Below, in pieces: positions 19,986-27,746 of a stretch of 57,253 bases of DNA. Source of the stretch: a virus (Duplodnaviria > Caudoviricetes); IMG/VR virus record IMGVR_UViG_3300046352_000133, positions 1 to 57,253 of that record. One strand, given 5' to 3'. The number at the start of each line of letters is the position of its first letter. Position 1 is the stretch's first letter. Below the pieces are notes generated by a model. It did no database searches. It had not been told where the DNA came from and saw nothing but the letters and a program-made list of their open reading frames with translations. Made by a program: the position numbers and the translations under genes.

Positions 19986-21230
19986 ATGGCATTAATTAGA
20001 GACAATAGAGGAGCACTTTTAGCAAGTAATATATCACAATACTTGGCAGGAGCAGCGAATACCGCAGGAACTCCCGTAGATACTAACGAATTAGTTAGAC
20101 TAGTAAACCAATTTTTAGGACAAGGTGAACAAATCAGTTCAGATTTGACAACCGTAACTAATGGTGTTTACAAAAAATTTGGAGCAATTGATAAAGTAAC
20201 TAACAGAACAGAAATCGTAACATCTGGAATTTGGAGTGGTGATACTGGTTCATTAAATGTATTCTTTACTTCATCTACTCAATTAAATTCTGTAAGTGGT
20301 AAATATTATTTAGATGTTTATAATGTAGCAACATCATCCGATGCAGCAGAGGTTCAATTCTCAATTGCATATGGTGATGTAGATGGTTACGGAGCACCTA
20401 CATTAACACAAAACGATAATTCTAATTTACAAACTACTGCGGTTTATAACCAATTTAAGAATGTTTTATTAAATTCATCAGACCCATATTTTTCTGTTTT
20501 AAGTGGACCAACTGGTAGTGCAACTGCTACTATTGATTTACGTGAATTTTATGCAATCAACATTAATAGAGCAAGATACAAAGAAAAATTAGACCCAGGT
20601 AATGTTCAAATTACACTATCTGGTTCAAATGGTATAATCACTTTAATAGATGATTCGGGTGGAACTGATGCAAATGTAACAACTGCGGGTAGAGTTTATA
20701 ACATCGTTAGTGGTGCATTAAATATTGGTACGGCATTAACCGCAACAATAAAACAATATACAGATAAATCAACTCAACAAGGATATGGTTTATTCTATCC
20801 AGATATGGGTATTATTTTATTGAATCCAAGTGCATTAACTGGTTCCGTTCAAGGTACATTAGCACCAGCAGCGGGTTCAACAACATCATTATATCACCAA
20901 TCGGGTTCAGCATCTGGTTCATTAAAACTATTTGAAGCATTAAAAGGTGGTGCAGACTTCCAAGCAAGAAGAACAGAGAATGTATCTACATCTCACTATT
21001 TCGTAAGAGCAAACAACAGAGAATTTAACTTCTCAAACAACCCAACATTTGTAACGGGGTCAGTTGGAGCTTTTGTACAACCATTATTTGAAAGAGACCC
21101 GAAAGTTTACATAACAACAGTAGGTTTATACGATGATGCTAACGAATTATTAGCAGTAGCAAAAACTTCTAAACCAATTGAAAAATCATTTGATAAAGAA
21201 GTAGCAATAAAAGTAAAGTTAGATTTTTAA
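19986..21230 (+). CDS. Virion structural protein (baseplate / tail-fibre attachment-like)
   Basis: C-terminal YITTVGLYDDANELLAVAKTSKPIEK...VKLDF; shares C-terminal motifs with 21301..22497. Confidence 0.65.
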   Translation: MALIRDNRGALLASNISQYLAGAANTAGTPVDTNELVRLVNQFLGQGEQISSDLTTVTNGVYKKFGAIDKVTNRTEIVTSGIWSGDTGSLNVFFTSSTQLNSVSGKYYLDVYNVATSSDAAEVQFSIAYGDVDGYGAPTLTQNDNSNLQTTAVYNQFKNVLLNSSDPYFSVLSGPTGSATATIDLREFYAININRARYKEKLDPGNVQITLSGSNGIITLIDDSGGTDANVTTAGRVYNIVSGALNIGTALTATIKQYTDKSTQQGYGLFYPDMGIILLNPSALTGSVQGTLAPAAGSTTSLYHQSGSASGSLKLFEALKGGADFQARRTENVSTSHYFVRANNREFNFSNNPTFVTGSVGAFVQPLFERDPKVYITTVGLYDDANELLAVAKTSKPIEKSFDKEVAIKVKLDF

Positions 21231-21254
21231 TAGAGAATAACTTATAAACTACTG

Positions 21255-21276
21255 ACCCACCTTTTGGTGGGTTTTT
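21255..21276 (+). terminator. Rho-independent terminator
   Basis: Stem ACCCACC / loop TTTT / GGTGGGT followed by TTTT, 24 nt after the stop at 21230. Confidence 0.8.
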
Positions 21277-21285
21277 AGTTTTATG

Positions 21286-21293
21286 ATATTTAT
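21286..21293 (+). promoter_or_regulatory. Putative late-promoter motif ATATTTAT
   Basis: Directly after the terminator and 7 nt before ATG 21301. Confidence 0.55.
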
Positions 21294-21300
21294 TAGTGAT

Positions 21301-22497
21301 ATGTTAAAAAGAATTCCCAAATCAGATATTAGTATAAGACCTTTTAAGGCATACAAAGAATGGAGTTTTAATCAAGACTCTACTGAAATTGATGTTTTAT
21401 CTGCATCCGATGCCGTTTCATCATATTCATCTGGTGATAATCTATCTTTCCAACAAACTGCAATATATGCTCAATTAAAAGCACAATTTTACAACGGTAA
21501 TGAAAACAACCCATTTACAAGAGTTGGAGCAGCGGGTTTAGTTTATAACATTTCCGATATAACCAAAGATAGATTTTTAAATGGTAGTGCAAAAATAATA
21601 TCAATACCACAAACTTGTATAGGAGAAGGAATTAAAAAAGGAACTGTTACATTAACGGATGATACAACTATATATGGTGATGATAAATATGGTAATTTAA
21701 TATCAATTGTAGGAGATACTTTATCTGTTGGGTATATTGGTACTCCAATTTCAGATACAGAATCTTTGGGATATTTGTATTTTTCAGATGTAGCAAACAA
21801 TACATATACTGCTTCTATTGTAGAGTATGATGTTAATACGCGTATAATAGATTTGATTTATGAAGGAACAAATTATAACGGACTCCAAGTTTTAAGTTTT
21901 AATTTACAATATGGTAGTATGGTTATAGATGAAGTTCCATTTTTAACAGGTATAGGAACTAATAGAATTGGTAATGTATTTTATAATCAAGGAATTATTG
22001 TTTTAACAAGAGATTCGGATTTATATTTAAATGGTAGTTGGAATTTAACATACAAATCAACTCAAACTATTTATGAAAATGAATATCTTTTAATTGTAAA
22101 TGAAGATGAATTTAATGTTTCACAAAACCCTTCTGCAATTTATGCATTAGGACAAGAAACTGGTTCATTTGCAGATACATCCGGGAGAATTATTAAAACA
22201 ATTACAAATCCAGGTGTAAAATATATTCGTAAAAAATCTACATTAGAAAATGGTGAATTATTGGATTATAGATTTACAGGTTCATATAGTGGTTCTAATT
22301 CGGCATCATATGCGGGGTTTGAACATTATGATTTAAGTGGTTCAGTAGATTCAACCGGTTCATTCTTAGCACCATTTATTACAACAATTGGATTGTATGA
22401 TGATAGTTGTGAATTAGTAGCAGTAGCCAAATTACCACAACCCATCAAATCCGAACCAGATATTACTGTTAATTTTATTGTTCGTTTTGACACATAA
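21301..22497 (+). CDS. Virion structural protein, paralog of 19986..21230
   Basis: GNVFYNQGIIVL, EFNVSQNPSA and FITTIGLYDD..ELVAVAKLPQPIK...VRFD. Start moved from 21283 to 21301 because the ATATTTAT motif overlaps the upstream start region. Confidence 0.65.
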   Translation: MLKRIPKSDISIRPFKAYKEWSFNQDSTEIDVLSASDAVSSYSSGDNLSFQQTAIYAQLKAQFYNGNENNPFTRVGAAGLVYNISDITKDRFLNGSAKIISIPQTCIGEGIKKGTVTLTDDTTIYGDDKYGNLISIVGDTLSVGYIGTPISDTESLGYLYFSDVANNTYTASIVEYDVNTRIIDLIYEGTNYNGLQVLSFNLQYGSMVIDEVPFLTGIGTNRIGNVFYNQGIIVLTRDSDLYLNGSWNLTYKSTQTIYENEYLLIVNEDEFNVSQNPSAIYALGQETGSFADTSGRIIKTITNPGVKYIRKKSTLENGELLDYRFTGSYSGSNSASYAGFEHYDLSGSVDSTGSFLAPFITTIGLYDDSCELVAVAKLPQPIKSEPDITVNFIVRFDT

Positions 22498-22500
22498 TCT

Positions 22501-22508
22501 ATATTTAT
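22501..22508 (+). promoter_or_regulatory. Putative late-promoter motif ATATTTAT
   Basis: Intergenic, 18 nt before ATG 22527. Confidence 0.6.
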
Positions 22509-22526
22509 ATATAAACAATACAAACT

Positions 22527-22733
22527 ATGCCTACAATAGAGGAATTATACAAAGCACAACAATCAGCATTAGGTGTTGATAAGATTGGATTTGCAGCAGG
22601 TGAAAATGCTAAAACTCCATACACTACAAACGATTTGAAAAAAGCAGATGAGCAAGTTTTAACTGCTGAAAAATTCAAAACAGGTAGAGGTGGTGCAATA
22701 AACGAAAAAATGTATTCTGATACATTTAAGTAA
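22527..22733 (+). CDS. Small hypothetical protein (probably late-expressed)
   Basis: Preceded by the ATATTTAT motif and an A-rich leader; fills the gap exactly. Confidence 0.7.
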   Translation: MPTIEELYKAQQSALGVDKIGFAAGENAKTPYTTNDLKKADEQVLTAEKFKTGRGGAINEKMYSDTFK

Positions 22734-22735
22734 TA

Positions 22736-23152
22736 ATGGCTAAAAAAGTTACTGCTAAAAAATCCAAGTCTTCTTGGGTTGGTAGAAAGTACGGATTCAA
22801 ATCTGGTTTAGAAGAATCTGTATCTACTCAAATAGAATCAAAAGGAATCGTAGTGGATTATGAATCTGAAAAGATTCCATACATAGTTCCTGCATCCAAC
22901 CATACCTACAATCCTGATTTCAAATTACCCAATGGCATCTTTGTAGAAACCAAAGGAAGATTTGTTGCAGCAGATAGAAAGAAACATCTATTAGTGAAGC
23001 AACAAAATCCAGAGTTGGATATACGGTTTGTATTTACATCATCAAAGAACAAAATAAGCAAAGTATCTAAAACATCATATGGTGATTGGTGTGATAAAAA
23101 CGGATACAAATACGCAGACAAGTTCATTCCAGACGAATGGTTTAACGAATAG
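22736..23152 (+). CDS. Holliday junction resolvase, T7 endonuclease I family
   Basis: FKSGLEE, YNPDFKLPNGIFVETKGRF, DRKKHLLVK, LDIRFVF, SYGDWC and IPDEW mirror T7 gp3. Confidence 0.93.
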   Translation: MAKKVTAKKSKSSWVGRKYGFKSGLEESVSTQIESKGIVVDYESEKIPYIVPASNHTYNPDFKLPNGIFVETKGRFVAADRKKHLLVKQQNPELDIRFVFTSSKNKISKVSKTSYGDWCDKNGYKYADKFIPDEWFNE

Positions 23153-23184
23153 CTTGGAATTTTCAATTTTTATTCGTATATTTA
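23153..23184 (+). promoter_or_regulatory. Bacteroidota-type -33/-7 promoter upstream of the primase
   Basis: AGCTTGGAAT identical to 701-710; CTTG, 20 nt, TATATTTA. Confidence 0.65.
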
Positions 23185-23188
23185 CATT

Positions 23189-24130
23189 GTGTTGAATAGT
23201 ACAGATAAAAATAAAGTAACAAATGCGTTGTCTACATCGTTAGGTAGTTATTCCGTATTGCGGGGTAATGAGTTGGCATTTTACTGCCCTTTCTGTAATC
23301 ACCATAAACAAAAACTTCAAGTCAATTTAGAATCACAAAAATGGCATTGTTGGACGTGTAATAGTGGTGGTAAGAAACTCACATCCTTATTAAAGAAGTT
23401 AGATGTTGATAGAAAAACTATTTCTATGGTTAGGGAAATCTACGGAGATTCCAACTACAATCCACAAACGGAGGATGCTGACACAAAGGTATTTATTTCA
23501 TTACCAAAAGAATTTATTTCATTAGTAGAAAAGCCAAAAGGTTTTAATCCTGAATATAAGAATGCATTGCATTATCTTACAGAAAGAGGAATTACTATGA
23601 AGCAGATTGTTAAGTATAATATAGGTTATTGTAAAGAAGGTTTATATAGTAGAAGAGTAATTATACCATCTTACAATTGCGATGGGCAATTAAATTACTT
23701 TGTTTCTCGTTCGTATTATCCAGAAGAGAAAATGAAATATAAAAACCCACCAATCAGTAAGAATGTGATTTGTTTAGAATCTCAAATAGATTGGAATGAA
23801 CCTATTATATTATGTGAGGGTGTGTTTGATGCAATTACAATCAGAAGAAATGCAATTCCACTATTAGGTAAGTTTCCATCAAAGTTGTTGATTGAAAAAA
23901 TCTTTATGAGTGGTGTTAGTGATATTGTTATTTCATTAGATAATGATGCTAAAACAGAAGCATTGAGAGTATCGGAGTATCTTCGTAAGCAAGGTATAAA
24001 TGTTAGGTTTATGGATTTAAAAGATAAGGATGCGGCAGATATGGGGTATCAAAAGTTTTATGAGGAGTTAAATAATACAAAAGAGTTTGGGGAAGAAGAT
24101 TTGTTATTAAGCAAGATTAGTAGTTTATGA
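23189..24130 (+). CDS. DNA primase (zinc finger + TOPRIM)
   Basis: CPFC...WHCWTC zinc finger, YLTERGI, RVIIP, KYKNP, CEGVFDA, LDNDA and KDAAD; GTG start. Confidence 0.9.
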   Translation: MLNSTDKNKVTNALSTSLGSYSVLRGNELAFYCPFCNHHKQKLQVNLESQKWHCWTCNSGGKKLTSLLKKLDVDRKTISMVREIYGDSNYNPQTEDADTKVFISLPKEFISLVEKPKGFNPEYKNALHYLTERGITMKQIVKYNIGYCKEGLYSRRVIIPSYNCDGQLNYFVSRSYYPEEKMKYKNPPISKNVICLESQIDWNEPIILCEGVFDAITIRRNAIPLLGKFPSKLLIEKIFMSGVSDIVISLDNDAKTEALRVSEYLRKQGINVRFMDLKDKDAADMGYQKFYEELNNTKEFGEEDLLLSKISSL

Positions 24131-27100
24131 AATTAAAAAAGATTTACCACATTGCCGATGTGCATATCCGTAATGTGAAAAGACACAATGAGTATCGTCA
24201 AGTATTTGAAAAGATGTTTGATGAAATTCGTAAAAGAGGAACTGATGATTCTATTATTTATTTAGCAGGAGATATTGCTCACGCTAAATTAGAAATGTCT
24301 CCTGAATTACTAAAAGAAATTAGTTGGTTATTTACAGAGTGTTCTAAACTATGTGATACTATCCTTATTACAGGTAATCACGATTGTAATATGAATAATT
24401 TGGATAGATTGGATGTTCTTACTCCAATTGTAGAGGCATTAAACCTACCAAACTTTCATTATTTAAGAGATACACAAGTTTACTCTATTGGTGGAGTAGA
24501 TTTTGGTGTATTCTCTATATTTGATAATAAAAACAATTGGCCAAAAGCAGATACTTTATTTGGAAACAAAAAGATTGCTTTATTTCACGGACCAGTTGAT
24601 AATTCCCAAACAGATATTGGGTATGTGGTATCTTCACGTCATTTTACAACTGAAATGTTTGATGGTTATGATTTAGCACTATTGGGTGATATTCATAAAC
24701 GACAAGAGATGATTTCTCCTAAAGGGTGTAAGATTGCTTACGCGGGTTCATTGGTTCAACAAAACTTTGGTGAAACTTTGGATAAACATGGCTTCCTTGT
24801 TTGGGATTTGGATACAATGAGTTATGAAGGAGTTGATATTCAAAACGATTATGGATATTATACATTAGATGTTGATAATGGGGTTGTTCCGATTGTTAAT
24901 AATATGCCAGTAAAACCTCGTTTAAGAGTTCGTTTATCTAATACAGATACTGCGGATACTAAAAAGGTAATAACTGAAATTAAAATGAGATATGGTGTTG
25001 ATGATTTTACAATTATCAGAACAGACTCACTTGCCAAATCCAAAACAGGAGATAGAGATAATAAATTAGATTTTGAAGATGTATCGGATGTAAATTATCA
25101 GAACTCACTATTGAAAGAATATGTTGAGAGAATGATGCCGTTTACAACACCTGAAGATATTGAAGGATTGTATGAAATAAATCAAGATATAAATAGTAGA
25201 ATCATTCACGATGATATTCAAAGGAATATCAATTGGAAACCTATTAAATTTACATTCTCAAATATGTTTTCTTATGGTGAGAACAATAAAATTGATTTTA
25301 CCAAAGTAGGTGGGTTGATGGGATTATTTGCACCAAATGCATCTGGTAAATCATCTTTATTTGATGCAGTATCATTCTGTTTATATGATAAGTGTAGTAG
25401 GGCATTCAAAGCATCTAATATTCTAAACAATCGTAAACAAGATTTTGATTGTCAATTACATTTCCAAGTTAATGGTATAGATTATCATATTAAAAGAACT
25501 GCCAAAACAATTAACAAAGGAAAGAATGTTAAAGTTGATGTGCAGTTTTGGAGAGAGGATGATGGGAGAACTACATTATTAAACGGAACAGAAAGAAGAG
25601 ATACGAATCAAATCATAGAACAATATGTAGGTAAGTATGAAGATTTTGTTCTAACCGCTCTTTCATTGCAAGGTAATAACTCAATCTTTATTGATAAATC
25701 ACAATCAGAAAGAAAAGATTTATTAGCACAATTTATGGGATTGAATGTATTTGATAAATTGTATGAAACTGCAACTGAAGATATTAAAGAAGTTTCTGTA
25801 TTGATTAAAAACTTTAAGAAAACCGATTTTACAACAGAACTTGCTGAAAAAGGAATAGAATTAAAAGATAAGAAAAACGAACTTAAAGAATTAGAAAAAT
25901 CCTTAAAACTTAAATCGGATGATGTAATTGATTTGGGAGAAAGGATTATTGGGTTAAGTACTCAATTAGTTCCAATGGATGGTAATCTAAATATAGATGA
26001 ATTAAATACAAATAAATCTAAATTAGAAACTACATTAAATACTTACACATCTTCATTTGAAACAAAAAAAGGTACTATTACCGATTATAATAACTTAGTT
26101 GGGGAAGTTTCTCAATCAATGGAAAATACTAAAAAGTTTTTCATTTCGGAAGAAGAGTATATTGATGTTGAAGAAGCACACTCTAATTATGTTCAAGCAG
26201 AAAAAGATTTTAGTGAAGCAGATACTAAACACCAATTATTAAAACAAAAGATTCAATCTATTAAAGATAAGATTGCTCATTTGGAAAAGCATGAATATGA
26301 CCCTAATTGTAAGTTCTGTTGTGATAATGTTTTTGTAAAAGATGCATTAAAAGCAAAGGAAGAGTTAGAAGGATTAGAAGATAGTTTGGATTATAGTTTA
26401 GATGATGTAAGTGGTTATCTAAATGTAATAAATATGTTTGAAACATCCAAAGAACAATACAAAAATTTACAAACATTAAAATTAAAATATCAAAAAGGAT
26501 ATTCTACAATAGAAACTGAAAAAGCAGAACTAAACGGATTGACAACTAAAATACAATTGGCACAACACCAATTAGAAGTAGTTGAAGCAAATATTAGTAA
26601 ATACTATGAGAATGAGGAAACGATTAAACGAAATACTCAAATCGAAACTGTAATAAATGGGTTGCAAAGAACCAAAAAAGAAATAGAATTAGAAGTTGTT
26701 GCAGTCAATAAACAAATTAGTAGTTTGAATGGTTCTATTTCTTCAATAGTTGCCTTTGTAGAGGAGATAAAGAGGAAGATGAATGAAGTTAAAGACTTAG
26801 AGGAAAAGAATCGTTTATACACCTACTATTTAGATTCTGTAAAGAGAGATGGGATACCATATGAATTAATTTCTAAAGCTCTACCTGTTATTGAAAATGA
26901 AATAAATAATATTTTAGGACAGGTTGTAGATTTTGGTATTGTAATGGATGTAGATGGTAAATCAATCAATGCTAAAATAGTTTATGATGACCAAGAGTGG
27001 CCATTGGAGATGTGTAGTGGTATGGAGAAATTTGTAAGTGGGTTAGCAATCAGAGTTGCTCTTATTAACATATGTAACTTACCCCGTCCAAACTTCTTAG

Positions 27101-27285
27101 TAATTGATGAAGGATTTGGTACATTGGATAGTGATAACTTATCATCCCTATTTATGATGATGCAATATTTAAAGACACAGTTTGACTTTATTTGGATGAT
27201 TTCTCACTTAGAACAAATGAGAGATATTGTAGATGGATTAATTGAAATTAAAAAAGAAAACGGATTTAGTAAAATTGATTTTTAA
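24127..27285 (+). CDS. Fused Mre11/SbcD nuclease - Rad50/SbcC ATPase (gp47-gp46-like)
   Basis: N-terminal phosphoesterase motifs DVH, GD, GNHD, HG and GDIH; then NMFSYG, Walker A APNASGKS, Q-loop LSLQG, coiled coil with CKFC zinc hook, signature SGMEK, Walker B VIDEGFGTLD and H-loop ISH, all in one frame. Confidence 0.93.
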   Translation: MKLKKIYHIADVHIRNVKRHNEYRQVFEKMFDEIRKRGTDDSIIYLAGDIAHAKLEMSPELLKEISWLFTECSKLCDTILITGNHDCNMNNLDRLDVLTPIVEALNLPNFHYLRDTQVYSIGGVDFGVFSIFDNKNNWPKADTLFGNKKIALFHGPVDNSQTDIGYVVSSRHFTTEMFDGYDLALLGDIHKRQEMISPKGCKIAYAGSLVQQNFGETLDKHGFLVWDLDTMSYEGVDIQNDYGYYTLDVDNGVVPIVNNMPVKPRLRVRLSNTDTADTKKVITEIKMRYGVDDFTIIRTDSLAKSKTGDRDNKLDFEDVSDVNYQNSLLKEYVERMMPFTTPEDIEGLYEINQDINSRIIHDDIQRNINWKPIKFTFSNMFSYGENNKIDFTKVGGLMGLFAPNASGKSSLFDAVSFCLYDKCSRAFKASNILNNRKQDFDCQLHFQVNGIDYHIKRTAKTINKGKNVKVDVQFWREDDGRTTLLNGTERRDTNQIIEQYVGKYEDFVLTALSLQGNNSIFIDKSQSERKDLLAQFMGLNVFDKLYETATEDIKEVSVLIKNFKKTDFTTELAEKGIELKDKKNELKELEKSLKLKSDDVIDLGERIIGLSTQLVPMDGNLNIDELNTNKSKLETTLNTYTSSFETKKGTITDYNNLVGEVSQSMENTKKFFISEEEYIDVEEAHSNYVQAEKDFSEADTKHQLLKQKIQSIKDKIAHLEKHEYDPNCKFCCDNVFVKDALKAKEELEGLEDSLDYSLDDVSGYLNVINMFETSKEQYKNLQTLKLKYQKGYSTIETEKAELNGLTTKIQLAQHQLEVVEANISKYYENEETIKRNTQIETVINGLQRTKKEIELEVVAVNKQISSLNGSISSIVAFVEEIKRKMNEVKDLEEKNRLYTYYLDSVKRDGIPYELISKALPVIENEINNILGQVVDFGIVMDVDGKSINAKIVYDDQEWPLEMCSGMEKFVSGLAIRVALINICNLPRPNFLVIDEGFGTLDSDNLSSLFMMMQYLKTQFDFIWMISHLEQMRDIVDGLIEIKKENGFSKIDF

Positions 27286-27485
27286 TGGAAAGTGTAGAAA
27301 ATTACAGAAATAGCGGATATATTTACGGTAAGTTAAAAGATTATTCCGATTTAATAGATTTAGATGCATTTAAACAAATAAAAAATTATATAGATAATAC
27401 AAACTTTGTAAGGCATTCAAAATATGAATATCTATTTAAATACAATCAATGCTCATATATTGAAGAAATATTATATGAGGATTAA
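27285..27485 (+). CDS. Short hypothetical protein, possibly a gene remnant
   Basis: Coupled by TAATG to the upstream gene; 66 aa; stop overlaps the stop of the convergent minus-strand gene. Confidence 0.45.
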   Translation: MESVENYRNSGYIYGKLKDYSDLIDLDAFKQIKNYIDNTNFVRHSKYEYLFKYNQCSYIEEILYED

Positions 27486-27655
27486 AATGATTTAATTTTA
27501 TCTGCTTTTAATGTAGAAGATTGTGGTTTAGTTACCCCAATGTGTTTTTTAATTAAGTTTTCTACCAAGCTTCCCATTTTAAACCCATGTTCTTCACAAT
27601 ATTCTTTGAGAAGTTCGTGGGTTTCTTTTTTTATTTGTAACATTGCGTACTTCAT
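27482..27655 (-). CDS. Ribbon-helix-helix (CopG/Arc-like) DNA-binding protein, 57 aa, not in the ORF track
   Basis: Translated by hand: MKYAMLQIKKETHELLKEYCEEHGFKMGSLVENLIKKHIGVTKPQSSTLKADKIKSF*. Strand-helix-G-helix pattern; own ATATTTAT motif on the minus strand at 27694-27701. Confidence 0.75.
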   Translation of the reverse strand: MKYAMLQIKKETHELLKEYCEEHGFKMGSLVENLIKKHIGVTKPQSSTLKADKIKSF

Positions 27656-27693
27656 AATTTTAGTTTTATTTAGTAATTATTAGTTTTCTAAAT

Positions 27694-27728
27694 ATAAATA
27701 TCATACTTTAATTTTTTAAGATATTTAT
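27694..27728. promoter_or_regulatory. Divergent pair of ATATTTAT motifs
   Basis: ATAAATAT at 27694-27701 (motif on the - strand, facing the RHH gene) and ATATTTAT at 27721-27728 (facing the tail fibre gene). Confidence 0.6.
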
Positions 27729-27746
27729 GGTAAAAGAAATCGGATA

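Noticed and set aside
21283-21300. Track start codons at 21283, 32742, 41103 and 45204
   Set aside because: Downstream ATGs (21301, 32787, 41106, 45222) fit better with the promoter motif, A-rich leaders or stop-start overlaps.
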